Source of the DNA: Bacillota bacterium
GTDB taxonomy: Bacteria > Bacillota > SHA-98 > UBA4971
Direction: 5' to 3'
NCBI GenBank assembly: GCA_012842395.1
Contig: DUSX01000018.1
Span: 62,116-126,115 of the forward strand
DNA: 64,000 nucleotides
This document shows, piece after piece, positions 48,084-57,873 of this stretch. The notes under the pieces are model-generated. The model saw only the letters and a list, made by a program, of their open reading frames with translations, searched no databases and was not told the DNA's origin. Numbering within the stretch: the stretch's first letter is position 1; each line of letters starts with the position of its first letter. The translations under genes and the position numbers were made by a program.

Positions 48084-48688
48084 TGTGGCGGGGTCCGTCC
48101 GAACTCGTCGGCGCGTCCCGCGTCGTCGGTTGCCGTGTCGGAGATGTCCGTGGCGGCAGCCTTGTTGAGGACGTCCCGGGCGGCCTTTCGTATCGCCTCG
48201 TCGCGCGCATTCTCCGCGAGCCAGCCCACGTAGGCAGGGTCCTGCCGCGCCACGTGTCCAAGGGGTCGCTTGGCATACTTACCGAAGGTGAGCACGAGGT
48301 CCTCAGGGTTCTCGGGACCGGGGATCTCATCCTGAGGCAGGACGTCCCCGAGCTCCTCGAGGGCCACGAGGTCGATGCCCACTGCGTCACGCATCGCCCG
48401 GGCCTTTGCGCGCGTAGCGGCCATCCGGAGGATGTGTGGTTGGATTGCCCGGTTTACGCTCTCGGGCGAGGCATCGCCCACCTCCTTGAACACGCCGTTC
48501 GCGGTCTCTATCTCGGCCTCGACGACCGCGTACATGCCGTTGTCTGGGGACGGGATTTGAACGATGTTGGTGGTGATCCGCTTCAATCCATGCTGGCGGG
48601 CGAGCTCAAGCAGGCCGCCATACAGAACGTAGTCCTTGCCTTGAAGCGTCTTGACAAATCTCTCCCGGAACTCTCTCGATAATTCCAT
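48080..48688 (-). CDS. Hypothetical protein, possibly Rad52/Sak-like ssDNA-annealing fold, with a DUF3820-like C-terminal motif
   Basis: Strong RBS (GGGAGG-6nt-ATG). Motif HILRMAATRAKARAMRDAVGI resembles the Rad52-family helix. C-terminal FGKYAKRPLGHVARQDPAYVGWL resembles the DUF3820 GKxKGxxL...YLxWL motif. Confidence 0.3.
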   Translation of the reverse strand: MELSREFRERFVKTLQGKDYVLYGGLLELARQHGLKRITTNIVQIPSPDNGMYAVVEAEIETANGVFKEVGDASPESVNRAIQPHILRMAATRAKARAMRDAVGIDLVALEELGDVLPQDEIPGPENPEDLVLTFGKYAKRPLGHVARQDPAYVGWLAENARDEAIRKAARDVLNKAAATDISDTATDDAGRADEFGRTPPH

Positions 48689-48702
48689 AGTTGACCTCCC
48701 GC

Positions 48703-49464
48703 TTACTCCTCAGGATTGCGCGCCTCGGGTCCTGACCCGGGCCCTGACTGCGGCGCGGGTCCAACCTTCGACTGGAGATCCCGCACCTCCGCTCGCTCCT
48801 TCTTCGCGACGTACAGCTCGCCCGCGGTATCCAACGTCGCCAGGAGCACGTCCGACGGGTCTTTCACGCCCTTTTTCTCTAGCTCTTCCTTCAGCCAGGC
48901 CACGGTGAGGCCGAGCTGGTCCAGGTGATGGTAGTGGACCCTGCCGTCGGTGATGAGAGGGTACGGCAATCCCTCGTACGCCGTGGTGATCCCGAGGTCC
49001 CTGGGCGTCACCGGACGAGCCTGCGATTTCATGATGACGCTGAGGCGTCCCGAGCCTTCCAGGATTGCGAACTCCACGTCCTGAATGTTGGAGACGTTTT
49101 TCTCCCGCAAGCCGGCGAGGAGGTCATCGAGGTTGTAACGAAGCTCCCTGAGGTTGCCCTCGAGGATGTGGCCATCCCTGATCACGATGGTGGACTGGCC
49201 GCTTATGATGGCTCTCGCCTTGTCGCTCCTGAGGGTGATGTAAGCGAAGAGCACCTCGGTCGCGGCCAGGACGACGATGGGGACGACCGCATCGTGTATG
49301 TGGATGTCCCTTTCCTCGAGAGGCATGGCGGCGAGGTCCGCTATCATGATGGCCACCACGAGGTCGAAGGGGGAAAGCTGGCCGATCTCGCGTTTGCCCA
49401 TGAGCCGCGTGATGAAGAGGACGAAGACATACATGAATATTGTCTTGGCTACTATCGCGAGCAC
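48703..49464 (-). CDS. DUF421/YetF-family membrane protein
   Basis: N-terminal TM region IFMYVFVLFITRLMGKREIGQLSPFDLVVAIMIADLA followed by a soluble C-domain, typical of YetF/YdfS-type proteins. Confidence 0.65.
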   Translation of the reverse strand: MLAIVAKTIFMYVFVLFITRLMGKREIGQLSPFDLVVAIMIADLAAMPLEERDIHIHDAVVPIVVLAATEVLFAYITLRSDKARAIISGQSTIVIRDGHILEGNLRELRYNLDDLLAGLREKNVSNIQDVEFAILEGSGRLSVIMKSQARPVTPRDLGITTAYEGLPYPLITDGRVHYHHLDQLGLTVAWLKEELEKKGVKDPSDVLLATLDTAGELYVAKKERAEVRDLQSKVGPAPQSGPGSGPEARNPEE

Positions 49465-49909
49465 TGAGGAACCAGCCCTTTCCCGACGCGTTTTCCACTG
49501 ACAACCAATTAATCGAGAGCAAGTGAACGGCTACGAGTTTACGCGAGTTTTCAGTGTGGAAGCGTTTTTGCACCTCTACTTAGCGCGGCCGCCGGCCGGA
49601 CGCTTTCGCACCTGGGCGACGGGCGACCGAACGGGCGCCCTCTGGCTAGAGAAGTAGTATGGTTCCCGCAAGCCCTTGTTATTCCGTGCCAAGCACACCC
49701 GGCACCCTCCCGGCGTTGCCTTTGACCTTTGATTTTGATGGGCGCCCAAAGGATGGGCGCCCAAAGCCCAAAGCTCGTACCGCTCGTTGGCGTCCGCCCG
49801 CGCCTCCGTTCAAGGCCCGCTCGCGGTGGCACCCGCGCCGGCGCCGGCGCGGCGAGCATTCCGCGATTCTTTCCGGCAGGGAATACATCGCGGGCGACGC
49901 GACAAGACT

Positions 49910-50989
49910 ATGTGTGGTGTGGCCCCTGCTGTGCTCGTGGGGGCTTTCGCCTCTCGGTCGAATGTTCGCTTAGAGGTGCGGAGGACGGATGACGTGAGAG
50001 GGATCCTGGAACTGCCAGCGGAGCTCGAGACCCGCGCTAAGGCGGTCGACAGCGTCATCGAGCAAGCGCTCTCGTCCGAGAGCAGGCACTTGGCGAGGCC
50101 GCGAGACCACGTCCTGGCGACGCGCGGAAAGGGCCTGCGGCCGACGCTCGTGATCCTGTGGGCCTGGGCGCAGGCCGGCACGGGTGGGACACCCGAGGAG
50201 GCGCGTGCCCGGGCGGCGGTGGACGTCGCGGCTGCCGCAGAGCTTGTTCACATGGCTTCGCTGGTGCATGACGACGTCATAGACGGATCTCCTACCCGTA
50301 GGGGGCTCCAGACCGCAAACGCGCTCTTTGGGGCGCGACCCTCGGTCTTGCTTGGGGATTTCTTCTTTGCAAGAGCCTTCGAGCTGCTTGCGCGACATAA
50401 GGATTTCGGCGTGGTCGAGCTGATGACCGACGCCATTTCCGCGATGTGCGAGGGTGAGCTCGAGCAGGCCGCGTGCGCTTTCTCATGTGATGAGACCGAG
50501 GATGCTTACCTTCGAAGGATTACGCTGAAGACAGCGAGGCTCATCCAGGCATGCTGCCATGCAGGAGCGATCATCGGTGGAGCCTCCCAGGACGGGATCG
50601 CGAACGCTCGCGAGTTCGGGCTTGAACTCGGGATCGCGTTTCAGCTCACCGATGACGCCCTTGATTTCATCGCGGACGAGCGCGAGCTGGGCAAACCCAC
50701 GTGTCAGGACCTCGTGTGCGGAGTGCTCACCTTGCCGATCCTGCGGCTGCTTTCAAACGAATCGCTCGGGCCGAGGGCGCGCCAGGTCATCGAGTCGAGG
50801 CGGTTTGATCCCGATACGATCCTGTGGATGCGAAGCGCGGTCGTGGAGTGTGGAGGGGTGGACCTGACCTACCAGAGGGCACGTGAGTGTCTCGAACGCG
50901 CTGCGGCGTGTGCGTCCAAGCTTCCGGACGGTCCTGCCCGGGACGCGCTTGCGGCAATTACCCGCCACGTGATCACAAGGAAACGTTGA
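49910..50989 (+). CDS. Long-chain trans-polyprenyl diphosphate synthase (HepT-like, heptaprenyl diphosphate synthase component II family)
   Basis: ELVHMASLVHDDVIDGSPTRRG (first DDxxD), second DDxxD in FQLTDDALDF, C-terminus LPDGPARDALAAITRHVITRKR. All closely parallel to B. subtilis HepT. Confidence 0.8.
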   Translation: MCGVAPAVLVGAFASRSNVRLEVRRTDDVRGILELPAELETRAKAVDSVIEQALSSESRHLARPRDHVLATRGKGLRPTLVILWAWAQAGTGGTPEEARARAAVDVAAAAELVHMASLVHDDVIDGSPTRRGLQTANALFGARPSVLLGDFFFARAFELLARHKDFGVVELMTDAISAMCEGELEQAACAFSCDETEDAYLRRITLKTARLIQACCHAGAIIGGASQDGIANAREFGLELGIAFQLTDDALDFIADERELGKPTCQDLVCGVLTLPILRLLSNESLGPRARQVIESRRFDPDTILWMRSAVVECGGVDLTYQRARECLERAAACASKLPDGPARDALAAITRHVITRKR

Positions 50990-51144
50990 AGAGGGACCGA
51001 TCGTGACCCGCGGGTGTAACCAGCACGGGAGCAACGAGGGCGGCTTCGCTTGAGCATGTGGTATAATGATGCCTGGCGGGCCGGAAGGCGGGGCTGCGCA
51101 GCGTCCGCAGCTGGAGTCGCTGGAGCCCGCCGGAGGGATGCTGG

Positions 51145-53556
51145 TTGGACGAAAGGACCCTGCGGGTTTTGGAGTTCCACAAGATTAGAGAGCGCCTCGC
51201 CGCAGCTACCACGAACAGCCTTGGCCGGGAGCTCGCGCTCGCCCTTGAGCCGGTCACCGAGGCGGAAGGCGTCTTTTCGAGGCAACGCGAAACCACCGAG
51301 GCGAGGAAGATCCTGGAGAGATATCCCGCCGTGCCCCTCGGGGGGATCCGCGACGTCAGGTCCGCGGTGGCGAGGGCAAGGGTGGGGTCCACTCTGTCGC
51401 CTCAGGAGCTTCTGGAAGTCGCGTGGACCATGGACGCGGCCAGCCGGCTCCGAAAGTTCATCCTGGATCTCGACGAGGAATTCGCGACGATGCGCGGCCA
51501 CGCGGCCAAGATTAGTCCTCAGCCGTCTCTTGTGCGGGAGGTGACCCGGTGTCTCGACGACCAGGGCGGCGTGGTGGACCATGCAAGCCCCCTTTTGGCG
51601 AGGCTCAGGGCTGAGATCAGGATGACGGAGGGTCGCATCCGGGATCAGCTGGATTCGCTTGTGCGCTCACCGGAGGCCTCGCGCTGGCTGCAAGACCCGG
51701 TGGTGACGATCCGGGGCGGCAGGTTTGTCGTGCCGGTGAAGCAGGAGCATCGGGCGGCGGTCCCGGGCATAGTCCATGACCAGTCCGCAAGCGGCATGAC
51801 GCTTTTCGTTGAGCCCATGGCGGTGGTTGAACTCAATAACGAGCTTGCAGCGCTCGAGGCGAAGGAGCGCGACGAGGTAGAGAGGATCCTTCGTCACCTG
51901 TCCGGGCTCGTTCGCGTGGCGTGTCCCGAGATTCAGCAGACCCTGGAAACCCTCGGCGCCCTGGACTTCGCTTTCGCCAAGGGCAGGCTCAGCATGGACA
52001 TGAACGCCGTGGAGCCTGAGATCAACACCTCTGACTATCTTCAGATTCGCCAGGGGAGACACCCGCTCCTTCAGGGGCGGGTCGTCCCGATAGATGTAGA
52101 GCTTGGCGCGAGGTTCCGGACGCTCGTCGTAACCGGCCCAAACACGGGCGGCAAGACCGTATCGCTGAAGACGATAGGGCTCTTCGCCCTGATGACCATG
52201 GCTGGCCTTCACCTTCCCGCGGGGAGCGGCACGAGGTTCGGCGTGTTCCAGCGCGTGTTCGCCGATATCGGCGACGAACAGAGCATCGAGCAGAGCCTCT
52301 CGACTTTCTCATCGCATATGAGTCACATAGTGAAGATACTGGAGCAGGCAGGCCCGGGGTCGCTCGTGCTTCTGGACGAGCTGGGCGCGGGCACGGACCC
52401 CGTTGAAGGGGCCTCGCTGGGCGTCGCCATTCTGGAGCACCTACACTCGCGCGGTGCGTGTACAGTGGCCACCACGCATTACAGCGAGCTCAAGACGTTT
52501 GCGTACGAGCACGATGGTGTGGAGAACGCCTCGTGCGAGTTCGATGTCGCGACGCTGCAACCTACCTACCGTCTCATAGTTGGTGTTCCCGGGAGCTCGT
52601 GCGCTTTCGAGGTTGCGGAGCGGCTTGGCCTTCCGCACGAGATCGTGGAGTCCGCACGGGCGAGGCTGGGAGAGGACCGGATGAGGGTCGAGCACATCAT
52701 CGCCGAGATCGAGCGGAACCGCAAAGAGATTGAAGAGGACAGGGAGCGCGCACGCGGCGCGAGACAGATGATGGAACGGCTCGTCCGCGAGCGGGACGAG
52801 GAGGCTCGGCGGCTACGCGAGGAACGGTCCGAGATGCTCCGGAAGGCTCGCGAGGAGGCGGCACGCATCTTGTCTTCCGCGCGGGAGAACGTTGCGAGGA
52901 TCATCGAGGATCTCAAACGGAACGCCGCGCAGCTCGATAGGAGCGCGGTGGACGACGTCGCGCGCAGGGCGAGGGAAGCCTTGAAGCAGGCCACGGAGGA
53001 GATCATGAAGGCCGGGGATGCCGAGACAGAGCAGCAGAAAGAGGTATCGGCGCGGGCGTGCCGCACCAGGGCTCCGCGGCCGGGCGAGATCGTCGTCGGC
53101 TCGCGGGTGTACGTGCCTCGGCTCGGGAGCTCCGGCCGGGTTGTGGGCGTGCCGCGCGTCGGGGAAAACGTGGAAGTCCAGGTCGGAGCGATGAGGCTCT
53201 TCGTGCCCGCCAAGGACCTTGCCATGATCGACGACGAGCCGGAGAGCCCTGGCCCGGCTGTGGGCGGCGTGACCATGGCGCCCGTCGCCCGCGAGAAGGC
53301 CGCCGTCGTCTCGAGCGAGCTCGATCTCCGTGGGCTGACCGTCGAGGATGCGCTCGCCGAGGTGGATAAGTACCTGGACGACGCGTGCCTTGCGGGACTC
53401 CCGAAGGCCAGGATAATACACGGCAAGGGGACGGGAGCGCTGCGGCAGGCCGTCCGCGAGTTCGTGAGGACCCATCCTCACGTGAAAGGCTTCGAGCCCG
53501 GGGGACCTGGGGAAGGCGGGGACGGCGTCACGGTTGTCGCCATCCGGGGGGACTAA
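51145..53556 (+). CDS. mutS2: Endonuclease MutS2 (MutS domain plus C-terminal Smr)
   Basis: Walker A GPNTGGKTV. Coiled-coil middle region. Smr domain LDLRGLTVEDALAEVDKYLD...HGKGTGALRQAVREF. Confidence 0.9.
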   Translation: MDERTLRVLEFHKIRERLAAATTNSLGRELALALEPVTEAEGVFSRQRETTEARKILERYPAVPLGGIRDVRSAVARARVGSTLSPQELLEVAWTMDAASRLRKFILDLDEEFATMRGHAAKISPQPSLVREVTRCLDDQGGVVDHASPLLARLRAEIRMTEGRIRDQLDSLVRSPEASRWLQDPVVTIRGGRFVVPVKQEHRAAVPGIVHDQSASGMTLFVEPMAVVELNNELAALEAKERDEVERILRHLSGLVRVACPEIQQTLETLGALDFAFAKGRLSMDMNAVEPEINTSDYLQIRQGRHPLLQGRVVPIDVELGARFRTLVVTGPNTGGKTVSLKTIGLFALMTMAGLHLPAGSGTRFGVFQRVFADIGDEQSIEQSLSTFSSHMSHIVKILEQAGPGSLVLLDELGAGTDPVEGASLGVAILEHLHSRGACTVATTHYSELKTFAYEHDGVENASCEFDVATLQPTYRLIVGVPGSSCAFEVAERLGLPHEIVESARARLGEDRMRVEHIIAEIERNRKEIEEDRERARGARQMMERLVRERDEEARRLREERSEMLRKAREEAARILSSARENVARIIEDLKRNAAQLDRSAVDDVARRAREALKQATEEIMKAGDAETEQQKEVSARACRTRAPRPGEIVVGSRVYVPRLGSSGRVVGVPRVGENVEVQVGAMRLFVPAKDLAMIDDEPESPGPAVGGVTMAPVAREKAAVVSSELDLRGLTVEDALAEVDKYLDDACLAGLPKARIIHGKGTGALRQAVREFVRTHPHVKGFEPGGPGEGGDGVTVVAIRGD

Positions 53557-53763
53557 GTATGTCGCCATAAGTTTTCGTCCCCTTGCCTGACGGCGTTAGG
53601 GTTGCCGGTGCTTGCACGACGGGGCGTGGAGAATTCGGATGTCTCCCGCGCCGAATTCGAACGAGGCACGCCGCAAGCGCGCCGTCCCCGGAGGGCAACA
53701 CCGATAACCTTAGGCAGGACCCCCCCTCCGAAAAGTAGCGCGAACTCTTGGCGACATACTTAG
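53547..53763. mobile_element. Complete MITE-like non-autonomous element (217 bp) with about 21-bp terminal inverted repeats
   Basis: Left end CTAAGTATGTCGCCATAAGTT, right end AACTCTTGGCGACATACTTAG. The core is the reverse complement of the 58797 copy. No ORF. Flanked by CTA and TAG. Confidence 0.75.
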
Positions 53764-53791
53764 AAGCTCCCGCCTGACTGCAGTGCAGGTC

Positions 53792-56044
53792 CTACTCGGC
53801 GGGAGGGCTTGCGCTCTGAGAGGCGGATGGCAAGGTGTCTGGCTGCGCGGCGCGGTCGGTGGCGGTTCCGTCGTTCCGACCGTGAAGAGGGCAGTACGTC
53901 GTTGGGATGTGCTCGTCTGCCGCTATCGTGCCGTCCGGAAGCACCCGCAGACCGCTGGAGGACAGGTAGCGCCGAATCTCGACTTTATCCGGCGGACAGG
54001 CGCCCGTCGCGAGGCACCCCGACTCAGTGCACACTGCGACTTCAACGATGCCGCTGTGGAGAGAGCAGTAGTCTTTTGGCTCTGTCCCGGGCAAGAATAC
54101 CTCTGTGGTGGTCTTTGGGCACGAAGGGGTCGCGAGCATACCTGATTCAGTGCAGATCGTGGTGAACACGAGCCCGGCCGGCACCGGGAATTCCGCAGGT
54201 GGGGTATCGCGCAACGCCTCCTTCATGAAAGCCCCCCATATCATCGCCGCCCGTGCGCTGCCGATCCTTACCCCTCCGTAAACCATCGGCTTCTGCTGCT
54301 CGTCATTGCCTATCCATACACATGCCACGAGGTCAGGCGTGAACCCTACGAACCACGCGTTGGTGTAATCTGACGTAGTCCCTGTCTTGCCTGCTGCCGG
54401 ACGACCGATGTTTGCCGCCTTGCCGGTTCCGCGGGTGATGACGCCCCGCATCATGTCAGTCATGATATATGCTGTTTGCTCGTCAAGGACCACGTTCTTG
54501 ACTGGCACGTTGCGCTCGAGCACATTCCCGTCGGGGTCCTCCACCCTCAATATGGCGATGGGCTCTGCCCTGATTCCCTGGTTGGCGAACACAGCGTATG
54601 CGGCCGCCATCTCGAGAGGCGTGACACCCTTCGTCAGCCCGCCCAGCACGAGCGAAAGGTTCATGTCGTTCCGTCGCCCAGATTCCACGAGGCTCGTTAT
54701 CCCCATGGCCTCGGCGGTCTTGACCGCCTTTTCGATGCCTATCTGGTCGAGAAGCTTCACGGACGGCACGTTGATGGAGTCTTCCAAAGCCTTTCGCAGG
54801 GTAACGGGCCCCCGGAACTTGTTGTCGTTGTTGATGGGCGCCCAGGGTTCCTTTTGCCCCGGGATGTTGTACTCGACCGGCGAGTCATCCAGCATTGTGG
54901 ACGGGGTATACCCCGCCTGTATGGCCGCGGTGTACACGAACGGTTTGAACGCTGACCCTGGCTGCCTATACGACTGAACAGCCCTGTTGAACTCGTCGTT
55001 GCCGCGTCCGCCGACCATCGCCCTGATGTAGCCATCGTGAGCATCGAGCACGACCATGGCTCCCTGGGGTTGTATGAGGCCCTTCGAGTCGGGTTTGCCC
55101 TGCGGAAGATTGGAGACGAGCGTTTTCTCGGCGAGCTCTTGGAGTCTCAGGTCTAGTGTTGTGTACACCTTCAAGCCGCCTTTGTACACCAGATCCCGTC
55201 CGTATCTCTCCAACAGCTGCGTTCGGACGTAGTCGACGAAATACGGGGCGACCTCTTTTGACGAGCGCTTTTCAATAACCCCCAAGGGGGCCCGATTGGC
55301 CGCATCCGCCTGCTCCTGTGAGATGTACCCGAGTTCCACCATGCGCGATAGAACCGTCGCACGTCTCGCCCGCGCGGCCTCGGGATTCTTGGTGGGCGAA
55401 TAGAGCTGGGAGTTCCGTATCAAGCCCGCGAGGAGCGCGGACTCGGCGAGGTTCAGGTCACGCACGTGCTTGCCGAAATACCCTTGGGACGCGGCCTCCA
55501 CCCCGTACACGGCCTGGCCGGGGAAAAAGTAAACCTCATTAAGGTACAGCTCTAGGATCTGATCTTTGGTGTACGCGCGCTCGAGTTGGATCGCGTAGAT
55601 GAACTCCTGGATCTTTCTGGTGAACGTACGCTCCTGCGTCAAGAACGCGTTCTTGGCAAGCTGCTGAGTAATGGTGCTCCCGCCCTGGACGATCCGGCCC
55701 TCCCTGAGGTCGACGAGGAGGGCTCTCAGCATAGCGGTGAAGTTGACGCCGTGATGCTGGCGGAAATTGTGGTCTTCTATGGCGATCACGGCGTTCTGCA
55801 GTGTCTCCGGGATGTCACGTAACGGGACCCACACTCTGTTTTCTATGTACAACCTCGAAATGAGTTTTCCGTTGACATCGTATATCCTCGTGGCCTCGCT
55901 GGGCCTGTACTCGAGGTCTTGGAGCGCGGGCATGTTCCGCAAAGCCCCCATGACCACTCCCACGAGGACGCCGGAGACGACACATGCCGCCAGGACAAAG
56001 GTTATGACTAGGACGGATATGATGCGCCCCATGCCCCTGGACAT
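53792..56044 (-). CDS. Class A penicillin-binding protein (PBP1A; transglycosylase plus transpeptidase) with Cys-rich C-terminal tandem repeats
   Basis: N-terminal TM. GT51 motifs (EDHNFRQHHGVN, RKIQEF) and transpeptidase SxxK/SxN/KTG. C-terminus contains two approximately 40-aa repeats with C-TESG-LAT--CP. Confidence 0.85.
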   Translation of the reverse strand: MSRGMGRIISVLVITFVLAACVVSGVLVGVVMGALRNMPALQDLEYRPSEATRIYDVNGKLISRLYIENRVWVPLRDIPETLQNAVIAIEDHNFRQHHGVNFTAMLRALLVDLREGRIVQGGSTITQQLAKNAFLTQERTFTRKIQEFIYAIQLERAYTKDQILELYLNEVYFFPGQAVYGVEAASQGYFGKHVRDLNLAESALLAGLIRNSQLYSPTKNPEAARARRATVLSRMVELGYISQEQADAANRAPLGVIEKRSSKEVAPYFVDYVRTQLLERYGRDLVYKGGLKVYTTLDLRLQELAEKTLVSNLPQGKPDSKGLIQPQGAMVVLDAHDGYIRAMVGGRGNDEFNRAVQSYRQPGSAFKPFVYTAAIQAGYTPSTMLDDSPVEYNIPGQKEPWAPINNDNKFRGPVTLRKALEDSINVPSVKLLDQIGIEKAVKTAEAMGITSLVESGRRNDMNLSLVLGGLTKGVTPLEMAAAYAVFANQGIRAEPIAILRVEDPDGNVLERNVPVKNVVLDEQTAYIMTDMMRGVITRGTGKAANIGRPAAGKTGTTSDYTNAWFVGFTPDLVACVWIGNDEQQKPMVYGGVRIGSARAAMIWGAFMKEALRDTPPAEFPVPAGLVFTTICTESGMLATPSCPKTTTEVFLPGTEPKDYCSLHSGIVEVAVCTESGCLATGACPPDKVEIRRYLSSSGLRVLPDGTIAADEHIPTTYCPLHGRNDGTATDRAAQPDTLPSASQSASPPAE

Positions 56045-56494
56045 CGTTGCGTCCCTCTCTAGACGAGCCCGTCATCGGCATCGACGCGCTCGGTGTAATG
56101 GAATCGCTGAGCCAGCCACCGCGTGAAAGGCTTCGAGCCGTCGGTTCACGCGGTCATGTCCGTAAAACCCCTGTGCAGCGCCCGGCCTAATTATACCACA
56201 CACGCCTTCGCCCGTGCCAACCTCGCCTGGCAGTGGCGACGCACAGCGCGACCGGAGTCCCGTTGAGCCAACGACCGCTGCGACCGCGTGCGAGCCCGGG
56301 GATATTCCCGGATCGTCCGTTCGCCTTCGCTGAGGACAGCGGTCTACGCCACGGGCTCGCGGCGGCGCACGCCCGTAGCGCCGGCGCCGGTGGACGGTGA
56401 ACGCGGCGCGCCGTTGTCCGGCGACAGGCGCGCCGGGGCGATTGACGCCGGGATCACCCTATGCTAAACTGAACGTAACGCCGGCTGGGAGGTA

Positions 56495-57721
56495 TTGGTG
56501 GTGACTGTGGACGACCAGGTTAGCATCCTGAAGAAAAGGACCGCGGAGATAGTATCCGAGGAGGATCTCCGCGAGAAGCTGGAAAGAGCGTCGCGAGAGT
56601 CTCGGCCCCTCAGGGTCAAGCTCGGCCTGGACCCGTCCGCACCCGACATCCATCTCGGGCATGCCGTAGTCCTGCGTAAGCTCCGCGAATTCCAAGATCT
56701 GGGCCACGAGGTCATTCTGGTAGTAGGGGATTTCACAGGCCGTATCGGCGATCCTACGGGGAAATCCGAGACGAGGCGCCAGCTCTCCGTCGAGGAGGTC
56801 ACGAGGAACGCCCGGACTTATCAGCAACAGGCGTACAAGATCTTGGACCCGGCGAGGACGAGGATCGCATTCAACAGCGAGTGGCTTTCGAGACTGACGT
56901 TCGAGGACGTTATCAACCTTGCTTCCAAGTACACGGTGGCGCGAATGCTCGAGCGCGACGAGTTCAGTGCGAGGTTCCGCCAGGAACAACCGATATACAT
57001 CCACGAATTCTTCTATCCTTTCATGCAGGCTTACGATTCCATTGCGTTGAAGGCCGACGTCGAGCTCGGCGGCACCGACCAAAAGTTTAACATCCTTTTC
57101 GGTAGGACGCTTCAGCGCGAGTACGGGCAGGAACCCCAGGTTGCCATGCTGATGCCCATCCTCGTCGGCACCGATGGGGTCAACAAGATGAGCAAGAGCT
57201 TGGGAAACTACATCGGCGTGGACGAGCCTCCGTCGCAGATGTACGGGAAGACTATGTCGATATCCGACGATGTGATGCTGACATACTACGAGCTCGCGAC
57301 CACTTTGTCCCAGACCGAGGTGGAGGACATTCGAGACTCTCTCGCCAGCGGCCGGTTGCACCCTAGGGATGCGAAAAGGCGCCTTGCGCGCGAGATCGTC
57401 GCGCTCTACCACGGACCGGACGCCGCAAAAGCCGCTGAGGAGGAGTTCGACGCGATCTTCCGCAAAGGGGAGCTACCCGAGGAGATTCCGGAGGTGACCA
57501 TCTCCCATGACGAGTTGGTGGATGGCAGGATGTGGTGTCCAAGGCTGCTTGTGAGGGCTGGCCTTGTGGACAGCACAAGCGAGGCGCGGCGCCTCATCGA
57601 GCAGGGAGCGGTAAGGATCAACAGCGAGAGAGTGGCGGATCCGCAAGCTGAGGTGGCCGTCGGGCCTGACATGGTGGTTAGGGTGGGTAGGCGGAGGTTC
57701 GCGAAGATCCGTCTTTGCTGA
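56495..57721 (+). CDS. tyrS: Tyrosyl-tRNA synthetase
   Basis: HLGH (HIGH) and KMSKS motifs. C-terminal S4-like domain. TTGACG-N17-TAAACT promoter at 56442-56470. No T-box evident. Confidence 0.9.
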   Translation: MVVTVDDQVSILKKRTAEIVSEEDLREKLERASRESRPLRVKLGLDPSAPDIHLGHAVVLRKLREFQDLGHEVILVVGDFTGRIGDPTGKSETRRQLSVEEVTRNARTYQQQAYKILDPARTRIAFNSEWLSRLTFEDVINLASKYTVARMLERDEFSARFRQEQPIYIHEFFYPFMQAYDSIALKADVELGGTDQKFNILFGRTLQREYGQEPQVAMLMPILVGTDGVNKMSKSLGNYIGVDEPPSQMYGKTMSISDDVMLTYYELATTLSQTEVEDIRDSLASGRLHPRDAKRRLAREIVALYHGPDAAKAAEEEFDAIFRKGELPEEIPEVTISHDELVDGRMWCPRLLVRAGLVDSTSEARRLIEQGAVRINSERVADPQAEVAVGPDMVVRVGRRRFAKIRLC

Positions 57722-57873
57722 CGGCATTCAGAGCATCGCGACGGGGCCCTCGCGAGGGCCCCGTTTTCATGCCTTGCTCTATGGCTTTTTGTTGCACGGG
57801 GAGAATATGATCTACCACGAACTCCTTGCGTCCGTGAGGGCCAGGCGCGAGGGCTAAGGAGGTACGTGGTTCG

